From Fidelibacterota bacterium (GTDB lineage Bacteria; Fidelibacterota; Marinisomatia; Marinisomatales; JABMOV01), in NCBI GenBank assembly GCA_046861395.1, contig JBHHUC010000044.1, positions 1 through 17,147 of the forward strand: 17,147 nucleotides of DNA, in the 5' to 3' direction. Made by a program: the position numbers and the translations under genes. This document shows, in pieces, positions 9,938 through 17,147 of the stretch. The notes beneath the pieces are model-generated. The model had not been told where the DNA came from and did not search any database. It was given only the letters and a program-made list of their open reading frames with translations. The first letter of the stretch is position 1; the number at the start of each line of letters is the position of its first letter.

Positions 9938-10549
9938 ATGCTTGAACATTATTTATCGCTGGTTACCAAATCCATTTTCATTGAAAATATATTACTGGCT
10001 TATTTTTTGGGCATGTGCTCTTTTTTGGCCATTTCCAAAAAAGTGGATACATCCATTGGTCTGGGCTTTGCCGTGGTTTTTGTTCTGACCATCACAACGC
10101 CGGTGAACTGGTTGATCCACTACTATTTTCTGCAGGACGGAGCACTGGTCTGGCTGGGATTCCCGGATGTGGATCTGAGTTTTTTAAATTTCATTGCTTT
10201 TATTGCCGTTATTGCTGCCATGGTGCAGTTGGTGGAAATGATTCTGGATCGCTTTTTCCCGCCACTATATTATGCGCTGGGGATCTTTTTGCCCTTAATT
10301 GCGGTGAATTGCGCCATCCTGGGTGGATCCCTTTTCATGGTGGAAAGGAACTATACCCTGGGTGAATCGACAGTTTTCGGTTTCGGTTCCGGCATGGGCT
10401 GGTTCCTGGCGATTGCTTCCATGGCCGCCATCAGGCATAAAATGCGCTATTCTAACGTACCGTCAGGACTCCGGGGCCTGGGGATCACAATGTTATTAAC
10501 AGGATTGCTCAGTATGGCATTTATGGCCTTCTCAGGAATCGATTTATAG
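9938..10549 (+). CDS. nqrE: Na(+)-translocating NADH-quinone reductase subunit E
   Basis: 203 aa. Motifs '[19 protein letters not shown]', '[10 protein letters not shown]', '[21 protein letters not shown]', '[13 protein letters not shown]'. GAGGAGG upstream. Confidence 0.97.
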   Translation: MLEHYLSLVTKSIFIENILLAYFLGMCSFLAISKKVDTSIGLGFAVVFVLTITTPVNWLIHYYFLQDGALVWLGFPDVDLSFLNFIAFIAVIAAMVQLVEMILDRFFPPLYYALGIFLPLIAVNCAILGGSLFMVERNYTLGESTVFGFGSGMGWFLAIASMAAIRHKMRYSNVPSGLRGLGITMLLTGLLSMAFMAFSGIDL

Positions 10550-10558
10550 GATTGATTT

Positions 10559-11782
10559 ATGATTACTGGAGTTATCGGTGTAATAGTATTCACAGCACTT
10601 ATTCTGCTGCTGGTCTTACTGCTGAATTTTGCCGAAAGCAAATTACTTCCTCAAGGGGATGTAACGATTACCATTAATGGTGAACCCAACAAGGCAGTGA
10701 CCGCCAAACCGGGATCAACCCTCCTGAATGCCCTGGTAAGTAAGAAGGTTTACCTGCCCAGTGCCTGTGGTGGTGGCGGGACCTGCGCCCAATGCAAATG
10801 TCAGGTTCTTTCTGGTGGCGGTGACATCCTGCCTACGGAAACCAGTCACATCAGCCGCAAAGAGGCTAAGGATCACTGGCGCCTGGCCTGTCAGGTAAAG
10901 GTGAAACAGGATTTATCCATTCAGGTCCCTGACGAAATATTCAGTATTCAGAAATGGGAGTGCAGCGTGCGGTCCAACCGCAATGTTGCCACGTTTATCA
11001 AGGAACTTATTCTGGACCTGCCGGAAGGGGAGCGTCTGGATTTCCGTGCCGGTGGTTATATCCAGATTGACATTCCCAAATATGAACTGGATTATAATGA
11101 ATTCGATATTGAGGAAGAATATCGTGATGTGTGGGACAAGTTTAACATGTGGAAATACCACGCCTCCAATGAAGAGGATATTTACCGGGCCTATTCCATG
11201 GCCAACCATCCGGCGGAAGGCAATATCGTGATGCTGAATGTCCGTATTGCGTCACCGCCGCCATGGGCACCAGATGCACCACCAGGAATTGCTTCTTCCT
11301 ATATTTTTAATCTGAAACCCGGAGATAAGGTATGGATTTCAGGACCGTATGGTGAATTTTTTGCCAAAGATACCGACCGTGAAATGGTCTTTATCGGTGG
11401 CGGAGCAGGTATGGCACCGATGCGGAGTCACATCTTTGATATTGTTAAGACAAAACGGACGAAGCGTAAAGTATCTTTCTGGTATGGCGCCCGGTCGGTG
11501 CGGGAAATGTTCTATGAAGAAGATTTCAAGGAACTGGCAGCAGAATTTCCGAATTTCACTTTTACCGTTGCCATGTCCGAACCCGTCCCCGAGGACAATT
11601 GGACCGGTCCAACCGGATTTATCCATCAGGTTCTCTATGATGAATATCTGAAAAACCATGATGATCCCGCAGAAATCGAATATTACATGTGTGGACCACC
11701 GCCAATGATTGATGCCGTGGACCGGATGCTGTATGATATCGGTGTTGAGCCGGAAATGATCGCCTACGACAAGTTTGGTTAA
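10559..11782 (+). CDS. nqrF: Na(+)-translocating NADH-quinone reductase subunit F
   Basis: 407 aa. N-terminal TM, 2Fe-2S motif '[12 protein letters not shown]...RLACQ', FAD motif 'RAYSMAN', NADH-binding '[12 protein letters not shown]', 'YMCGPP', C-terminal 'DKFG'. Confidence 0.98.
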   Translation: MITGVIGVIVFTALILLLVLLLNFAESKLLPQGDVTITINGEPNKAVTAKPGSTLLNALVSKKVYLPSACGGGGTCAQCKCQVLSGGGDILPTETSHISRKEAKDHWRLACQVKVKQDLSIQVPDEIFSIQKWECSVRSNRNVATFIKELILDLPEGERLDFRAGGYIQIDIPKYELDYNEFDIEEEYRDVWDKFNMWKYHASNEEDIYRAYSMANHPAEGNIVMLNVRIASPPPWAPDAPPGIASSYIFNLKPGDKVWISGPYGEFFAKDTDREMVFIGGGAGMAPMRSHIFDIVKTKRTKRKVSFWYGARSVREMFYEEDFKELAAEFPNFTFTVAMSEPVPEDNWTGPTGFIHQVLYDEYLKNHDDPAEIEYYMCGPPPMIDAVDRMLYDIGVEPEMIAYDKFG

Positions 11783-11806
11783 TGGGGGTTGAAACACGGA
11801 ATTGAG

Positions 11807-12856
11807 ATGGAAATAAACCTTTATTTCAGGAAAAAAGTTCGTTTTGCGAGCTTTTTTCTTTTTATCCTGGTACTCTGGGCCGGCTGTCAATCAGATGAAC
11901 CGGAAACGGTTCTGCGGGGATATACCATGGGGACAACATATTCCATCCGTATTCCCGGTACCATCACCGTGTCGGAATCTTTTCTCAAGACAGCGGTTGA
12001 TTCGATATTAAGTGAAATCAATCATCAAATGTCTGCTTGGGATTCAACCTCAGATCTTACACGAATCAACCGTACGCAGGATCTTTCCTGGCATCCCATT
12101 CCTGTAGAATTCGCTGAAGTGTTGAATTTAAGCAACCACTTGTCGGACTTGACGGAAGGGGCCTTTGACATTACCGTCGGTCCCTTGATTGAATTATGGG
12201 GTTTTCACCGTCCTATTAAGCCGGAATACTGGAATCCGCCTTCGCCACAGGCTATTGATTCAACCTTACGTCATGTAGGTTATCGCCTTCTCCAGGTGAA
12301 AGGCAACCGGATACAGAAATTCGATCCCAATGTTGTGATTGATGTAAATGCCATCGCCAAGGGATACGGAGTGGATGCTATTGCCGAATGGCTGGATCAT
12401 ATCCCTGTGGAAAATTATATGGTAGAAATCGGGGGAGAAGTACGCTGTCGTGGAAAAAACAAACGGAACAGTTCCTGGGCAATAGGAATTGACAACCCCA
12501 CATTCGGCAGCCGTCCCGGAGAACGGTTTCACACGATTGTGGCCTTGCCGGATGGTGCCCTTGCTACCTCCGGTGATTATCGGAATTTTATTTCATATCA
12601 GGGGAAAACGTATAGCCACACGATTGATCCTCATACCGGATATCCTTCGCAATGGAAGGTGGGATCAGCCAGCGTGTTTGCTCCAGCCTGCGCTCTGGCA
12701 GACGGATTGGCAACGGCCTTGTTGGTTCTATCACCGGAGAAGGGATTAGCCCTTATTAATCAACTGGACGGTGTTGAAGCATTATTGATCGTGCGGACGG
12801 AAACAGGCTTTATAGATAAAAGATCGGATGGGTTTGCCGAACTGGAGAACCCTTAG
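11807..12856 (+). CDS. apbE: FAD:protein FMN transferase (ApbE), predicted lipoprotein
   Basis: Motifs 'TMGTTYSI', 'GAFDITVGPLIELWGF', 'DVNAIAKGYGVD', 'VEIGGE', 'ATSGDYRN', 'HTIDPHTG', 'ADGLATA'. Signal peptide with lipobox WAG|C. Start uncertain: ATG 11807 preferred, in-frame TTG 11789 possible. Confidence 0.95.
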   Translation: MEINLYFRKKVRFASFFLFILVLWAGCQSDEPETVLRGYTMGTTYSIRIPGTITVSESFLKTAVDSILSEINHQMSAWDSTSDLTRINRTQDLSWHPIPVEFAEVLNLSNHLSDLTEGAFDITVGPLIELWGFHRPIKPEYWNPPSPQAIDSTLRHVGYRLLQVKGNRIQKFDPNVVIDVNAIAKGYGVDAIAEWLDHIPVENYMVEIGGEVRCRGKNKRNSSWAIGIDNPTFGSRPGERFHTIVALPDGALATSGDYRNFISYQGKTYSHTIDPHTGYPSQWKVGSASVFAPACALADGLATALLVLSPEKGLALINQLDGVEALLIVRTETGFIDKRSDGFAELENP

Positions 12857-13026
12857 ATTGAATCGATAGTCGGTGAGTTTTCACAACGACTGGCATCGCC
12901 TTTACAGGTTTCGCAAGACCCGGTCCCGCCACAGGAACCACGGAGCGGCTTATTGCTAAAAAGTATACCGAGGGCCAATCCCCCGATACTGATTGCGATT
13001 GCGATGATTGCCAGAAGTATTTCCAT
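12853..13026 (-). CDS. nqrM: NqrM (DUF539)-like Na+-NQR maturation protein, 57 aa
   Basis: C-terminal half of track ORF 12853..13200. From the ATG at 13026: MEILLAIIAIAISIGGLALGILFSNKPLRGSCGGTGSCETCKGDASRCENSPTIDSI, i.e. one TM helix, a 'KPLRGSCGG' signature and four Cys, adjacent to nqrF-apbE. Confidence 0.85.
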   Translation of the reverse strand: MEILLAIIAIAISIGGLALGILFSNKPLRGSCGGTGSCETCKGDASRCENSPTIDSI

Positions 13027-13177
13027 GGCTGAATTTACGACGACCCCCCGAGTAATTTCGTCAGGAAGTTGACAGTTTGATGCACATGAGTCACCGATCA
13101 CACAATAAAAATGTTCCGGTCGAATTCCATTCCCCGTAATATTCATACTTATAAACTCGTTAGTAAGGCTTAAAACA
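13027..13177. promoter_or_regulatory. Divergent intergenic region (nqrM / antiporter operon), expected bidirectional promoter region
   Basis: 151 bp between divergent start codons, with an AT-rich 3' part. Several -10-like hexamers (TAATAT 13137-13142, TAAACT 13152-13157) but no convincing -35/-10 pair. Confidence 0.45.
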
Positions 13178-14611
13178 ATGTATAGAAAATCCCTGTTCAA
13201 GATAGTACCGATTGTCTTATTCCTGTTTAACCCGGTTCTGTTACTGGCAGAAGAGGCCGGCCACCATGCTCCGCATGTCGACGGGAGTTCCCTAGCGGTT
13301 TACTGGGTCATACCCTTTTTCGGCATTCTTCTTTCGATTGCAGTGATGCCACTGGTCGCACCGCGCTTCTGGCATCATAATTTCGGAAAAATATCATTCA
13401 TGTGGGCGGCAATCTTCATGATTCCCTTTTATTTCAGTGAAGGGTTTGATGTCACCCTGTTCGAACTGCTACACGTGGGTTTGCTGGACTACATTCCCTT
13501 CATCATTTTATTGTTTGCCTTATTTACCATCTCTGGAGGTATTCGTATTACCGGAACCTTGGTGGGACGCCCCGGATTCAATACCGGTCTTATACTACTG
13601 GGAACCATCCTAGCCAGCTGGATGGGAACGACCGGAGCCGCCATGCTGCTCATCCGGCCTTTGCTACGGGCCAATGCCTGGCGTAAACATAAGATTCACA
13701 TCGTTGTCTTTTTCATTTTCCTGGTGGCAAATATCGGTGGTTCTCTTACGCCGCTGGGAGATCCACCGCTTTTTCTGGGATTCCTAAAAGGTGTGGACTT
13801 TTTCTGGACTACCAAATCCATGTTTATTCCCATGGTTTCGGTAGTCGTATTCTTACTGACACTGTTTTATTTCATGGATTCATTTTATTATAAAAAAGAG
13901 GGGACAGCACCGAATCCAAGTGTCAGTGAACGCAAAATAGGCGTCGAAGGAGCAGTGAATTTTCTATTACTGGGAGGTGTGATCGGTTCCGTCCTTCTGA
14001 GCGGAATCTGGGATCCAAAAGTCACCTTCCATGTCTTTTACGTCGAAGTCTTATTACAGAATTTGACCCGTGATATTTTATTACTAATCCTGGCCTTTAT
14101 GAGTATGCGTCTGACCGCCGGGCAAATTCGGGAAAAGAATGAATTCACCTGGTTTCCCATTGTGGAAGTGGCCAAGCTCTTTGCTGGCATATTTGTCACC
14201 ATTATTCCTGCCATTGCCATCCTGAGAGCCGGCACCCACGGTGCCATGGCACCTATTATCAGCACCCTGTATTCCGATGGTGAACCACTGAATATCTGGT
14301 TTTTCTGGCGCACGGGTCTGTTGTCTAGTTTTCTGGATAATGCCCCCACCTATTTGGTTTTCTTTAACGCGGCTGGGGGGAATGCCATGGACTTGATGAC
14401 TACACACTATAATACCCTTCTGGCCATATCGGCCGGGGCAGTGTTTATGGGTGCCAACACCTATATCGGGAATGCCCCGAATTTCATGGTAAAATCCATC
14501 GCCGAAGAATCGGGTGTCCAGATGCCCAGCTTTTTTGGTTATATGCTGAAATATTCGCTCCCAATTCTCATTCCGACCTTCCTTTTGGTTGGGTTTATAT
14601 TCTTTACGTGA
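13178..14611 (+). CDS. Ion-transporter (IT) superfamily permease, putative sodium:proton antiporter (CitMHS_2-like)
   Basis: 477 aa, multi-TM. Motifs 'MGTTGAAMLLIRP', 'VANIGGSLTPLGDPPLFLG', 'EVAKLFAGIF', 'SSFLDNAPTYL', 'GAVFMGANTYIGNAPNFMV'. Probable cleavable signal followed by 'EEAGHHAPH'. Substrate is not demonstrable from sequence. Confidence 0.8.
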   Translation: MYRKSLFKIVPIVLFLFNPVLLLAEEAGHHAPHVDGSSLAVYWVIPFFGILLSIAVMPLVAPRFWHHNFGKISFMWAAIFMIPFYFSEGFDVTLFELLHVGLLDYIPFIILLFALFTISGGIRITGTLVGRPGFNTGLILLGTILASWMGTTGAAMLLIRPLLRANAWRKHKIHIVVFFIFLVANIGGSLTPLGDPPLFLGFLKGVDFFWTTKSMFIPMVSVVVFLLTLFYFMDSFYYKKEGTAPNPSVSERKIGVEGAVNFLLLGGVIGSVLLSGIWDPKVTFHVFYVEVLLQNLTRDILLLILAFMSMRLTAGQIREKNEFTWFPIVEVAKLFAGIFVTIIPAIAILRAGTHGAMAPIISTLYSDGEPLNIWFFWRTGLLSSFLDNAPTYLVFFNAAGGNAMDLMTTHYNTLLAISAGAVFMGANTYIGNAPNFMVKSIAEESGVQMPSFFGYMLKYSLPILIPTFLLVGFIFFT

Positions 14612-15144
14612 GAATAACCAAAGTTACTACAAAAACAGGAGATTCGGGCCGGACCCGGTTAGGTACCAGAGAAACGGTTGCCAAATCGGATCCGATGATT
14701 CATGCCCTGGGCGAACTTGATGAGTTCAATACCTTCATGGGCTGGCTGGCGGTCATTTTCCCGGATGGGGACCGGGCCGACATGATTCGGAGCATCCAAC
14801 AGGATTTATTCAATCTTGGCGGTGAATTGTCGTTACAGGGTAAAACCCAGCTCTTGGATGAAGAGCGGATCGAAACTATAGAACGCCAGAGTGAAGAACT
14901 CAACGAACACCTGCCTCCATTAACCGAATTCGTGATACCTGGTGGAAGTGAACTCGTGGCTCGGATTCAGATAAATCGCGCTATTTGCCGCCGGGTGGAA
15001 AGAGCCATTTGCGGACTGGATGAAGCATTGCCGCGACGAGATATCTGGATTAGGTATCTGAACCGTCTTTCCGACTGGCTGTTTGTGTTTGCCCGTTATG
15101 AGGTGCAGGACAAGGAGGTAGACGAAATACAGTGGCAGCGATAA
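14608..15144 (+). CDS. pduO: PduO-type ATP:cob(I)alamin adenosyltransferase
   Basis: 178 aa. Motifs 'TKTGDSGRT', 'GELDEFN', 'IQQDLFNLGGEL', 'FVIPGG', 'RAICRRVER', 'YLNRLSDWLFVFAR'. GTG start overlaps the upstream stop (GTGA). Confidence 0.92.
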   Translation: MRITKVTTKTGDSGRTRLGTRETVAKSDPMIHALGELDEFNTFMGWLAVIFPDGDRADMIRSIQQDLFNLGGELSLQGKTQLLDEERIETIERQSEELNEHLPPLTEFVIPGGSELVARIQINRAICRRVERAICGLDEALPRRDIWIRYLNRLSDWLFVFARYEVQDKEVDEIQWQR

Positions 15145-15232
15145 ACATTCTATTTGTCACAGGCAGTCGATTTTCATATACGCTTAGCAAATTATAAGTT
15201 AAATTCTCTGTCTTGCTTTGGAATGATTTATT

Positions 15233-16237
15233 ATGAATTGGAACGAACTCCATCACCGCATTCTGCAGGCTGAAAAAATCCTGCTCACGACGCATGAAAA
15301 TCCCGATGGGGACGGACTGGGGTCGGCCGCTGGCATGTATCATTTTCTACGTCATTTTCAGAAAGAATGCCGCATCATCAATGTATCGCCGTTGCCGGAA
15401 GAGTTTGAGTATCTGAATCCGGGGGAAATTTTTGAAACATACCAGCCCGCTGAACATCAGGCCTGGATAATTAACGTTGATCTGGTAATTATTTTTGATG
15501 TGGGCGATTTCAGCCGTCTCCGTGCCATTAAGGATGTCATAGAGAAGTATGATCTAGAAACCATTAATATCGATCACCATCCTTATCCTGAAGAAACACC
15601 ATTTTCCGTCAATATTGTAAACACCAGGGCGGCTGCTACCGGCGAAATTCTGTATGATTATTTTACTGCAGTAGCGCCGGAAACATTGACCCGGGAAGTC
15701 TGTGATGGCATTTATACGGCAGTAATGACGGATACCGGTTCCTTCCGTTACAGTAATACCACAGCCCGTTGTCATGAGGTAGCCATTGCCTGTATTCGGG
15801 CCGGTGTCAATCATACAGCCATCTACCAGCATGTGTATGAGACCAATTCTCTGCCGCGGGTTAAATTGTTAGGCCAGGTTCTGAATAATCTGCAACTGGA
15901 TGCCAATGGAGAACTGGCCTGGTTCATTGTCGATCAGTCCATGTTGGAAAAAGCGGATGCCACGCGGGAAGATGTGGACGGATTTACCGATTTTGTTCGG
16001 ACCATTCGCGGGGTGGAAGTAGCCCTCATGATTTTTGAGCAAAATTTATCCACTTGTCGTATTAATTTCCGTTCCAAGGGGAAATATATTGTGAATACCA
16101 TTGCCGGGGCCTTCGGCGGCGGAGGTCATCAACTGGCTGCCGGAGCTGTCATCCCGGGAAAATTAAATGAAATCACCCCCCGGGTACTTCGGGAAACCAA
16201 GCGACAGATTTTCAGCCAAAACGGAAATCAATCATGA
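15233..16237 (+). CDS. nrnA: DHH/DHHA1 phosphoesterase, bifunctional oligoribonuclease / pAp phosphatase NrnA-like
   Basis: 334 aa. Motifs 'THENPDGDGLGS', 'IFDVG', 'NIDHH', 'MTDTGSF', 'FRSKG', 'GGGGHQLAAG'. Confidence 0.88.
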   Translation: MNWNELHHRILQAEKILLTTHENPDGDGLGSAAGMYHFLRHFQKECRIINVSPLPEEFEYLNPGEIFETYQPAEHQAWIINVDLVIIFDVGDFSRLRAIKDVIEKYDLETINIDHHPYPEETPFSVNIVNTRAAATGEILYDYFTAVAPETLTREVCDGIYTAVMTDTGSFRYSNTTARCHEVAIACIRAGVNHTAIYQHVYETNSLPRVKLLGQVLNNLQLDANGELAWFIVDQSMLEKADATREDVDGFTDFVRTIRGVEVALMIFEQNLSTCRINFRSKGKYIVNTIAGAFGGGGHQLAAGAVIPGKLNEITPRVLRETKRQIFSQNGNQS

Positions 16238-17097
16238 AAATCCTGGTTGCCAAGGATGCGGGCTATTGTTTCGGTGTCAGAGATGCCGTAAACCTGGCCT
16301 ACGAAACGGCAAAAAAACACGGTGAAGTGTATATGCTGGGGCATATCGTACACAATGAAAACGTCGTTTCAGCCCTGGAAGAAGCAGGTGCCATCGTTGT
16401 CAAGAAATTGAAGGATGTACCCTTGGGAAAACCATTGCTGTTACGGGCACACGGTACCCGCCCCGATGTCTGGCAGAGAGCCCGGGAGAAGGATATTGCC
16501 CTTGTTGACGCCACCTGTCCCCTGGTCCTGGAAATACACAATGAGGTTCGTAAGCTTGAAGCAGAAGGACGACGGATTATTATTATCGGCGATCACGGAC
16601 ATGACGAAGTGGTGGGCATCGCCAGTCAGGTTTCCGATCCTATCATTATTGCCACACCTGACGAAGCGAAATCATTGCGGAAAATGAAACTGGCGGGAGT
16701 GGTTAGTCAGTCAACACAAATGATTGAAAATGTACAGGCGATTATCAATATCTTGATGACGAAAGTGTTTGACCTGCATTTTGTGAATACGATTTGTTAT
16801 CCGACAAAACGAAATCATGAACAAATCAAATCACTGGCGGAACAGGCCGATGTAATGATTGTGATCGGTTCATTTACATCGGCAAATTCCAAGCGTTTAA
16901 CACAATTGGCCCGGGAGAGAAATCCCCATTCCTATCAGGTTACGTCGGCCGATGATTTGAAGCTGAAATGGTTTGAGAATGCCGACATTGTCGGTATTTC
17001 TGCCGGTGCTTCCACACCGGATAATATCATCGAATCGGTCATCGAAAAAGTGAAGCGCTTGGGACAGGTTGCACAGGAGGAAATATATCATGGCTAA
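16234..17097 (+). CDS. ispH: 4-hydroxy-3-methylbut-2-enyl diphosphate reductase
   Basis: 287 aa. Three cluster Cys (C12 'GYCFGV', C95 'DATCP', C188 'TICY'), plus 'IVHN', 'RAHG', 'HDEV', 'AGASTP'. ATGA overlap with nrnA. Confidence 0.96.
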   Translation: MKILVAKDAGYCFGVRDAVNLAYETAKKHGEVYMLGHIVHNENVVSALEEAGAIVVKKLKDVPLGKPLLLRAHGTRPDVWQRAREKDIALVDATCPLVLEIHNEVRKLEAEGRRIIIIGDHGHDEVVGIASQVSDPIIIATPDEAKSLRKMKLAGVVSQSTQMIENVQAIINILMTKVFDLHFVNTICYPTKRNHEQIKSLAEQADVMIVIGSFTSANSKRLTQLARERNPHSYQVTSADDLKLKWFENADIVGISAGASTPDNIIESVIEKVKRLGQVAQEEIYHG

Positions 17098-17147
17098 AGG
17101 AACATTTGAAGTGAAAGTTGGTCTGGCCGAAATGTTAAAAGGCGGTG
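17090..17147 (+). CDS. pdxS: Pyridoxal 5'-phosphate synthase lyase subunit PdxS, 5' end (truncated by window)
   Basis: Not in ORF track. Reads MAKGTFEVKVGLAEMLKGG(V), matching the PdxS/Pdx1 N-terminus 'VKxGLAEMLKGGV'. AGGAGG at 17075-17080; 8-bp overlap with ispH. Confidence 0.88.
   Translation, partial: MAKGTFEVKVGLAEMLKGG

Noticed and set aside
6101..11782. Possibility that the cluster is Rnf rather than NQR
   Set aside because: A-B-C-D-E-F order, an NqrF with 2Fe-2S/FAD/NADH domains, an NqrA without the two intact 4Fe-4S motifs of RnfC, and no RnfB.
11339..11890. 183-aa minus-strand ORF
   Set aside because: Antisense shadow of the highly conserved nqrF and the apbE start; no recognisable motifs.
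13069..13074. Perfect TTGACA as a sigma70 -35 element
   Set aside because: No -10-like hexamer 16-18 bp downstream (CACCGA at 17 bp).
13027..13200. N-terminal 58-codon extension of the minus-strand ORF 12853..13200 (115 aa)
   Set aside because: It would span the whole divergent spacer and overlap the antiporter start. NqrM-like character begins at the Met at 13026.
15145..15232. AT-rich 88-bp spacer as a promoter, terminator or cobalamin riboswitch
   Set aside because: TATAAG (15193-15198) with TTTTCA 16 bp upstream is only a weak promoter match. No GC hairpin with a U-tract; too short for a B12 riboswitch and downstream of pduO.
230..17091. All other short alternative-frame or antisense ORFs in the track (60-116 aa)
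   Set aside because: All lie within or across well-supported genes and show no family motifs; expected by chance.
1..17147. Mobile elements, CRISPR arrays, tRNA/rRNA, defence systems, pseudogenes
   Set aside because: The window is almost fully occupied by intact housekeeping and bioenergetic CDSs (largest gaps 151 and 88 bp). No DNA repeats, transposase/integrase motifs or frameshifts seen by eye.

Overview
Gene-dense bacterial bioenergetics locus with no mobile elements, RNA genes or CRISPR arrays visible. A ~12.9 kb, apparently single + strand gene run carries the distal half of a complex I (nuoI 3' end, nuoJ-K-L-M-N). It continues after only 12 bp into a complete Na+-translocating NADH:quinone oxidoreductase cluster (nqrA-F) plus the flavin transferase apbE. 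A 57-codon NqrM (DUF539)-like maturation gene lies on the opposite strand, with its stop codon overlapping that of apbE. Downstream are an IT-superfamily putative Na+/H+ antiporter, a PduO-type cobalamin adenosyltransferase, a DHH/DHHA1 phosphoesterase (NrnA-like), ispH and the first 19 codons of pdxS. The most notable signal is in NuoL: it carries an internal 27-residue tandem duplication in its lateral amphipathic helix. Such an extension is the published hallmark of complex I variants with a fourth antiporter-like subunit, yet this cluster has only one nuoM and is followed directly by nqr genes. Protein style suggests an FCB-group organism, possibly Marinimicrobia/Marinisomatota (inference, not verified). 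All family calls come from motif recognition by eye; no searches were run.
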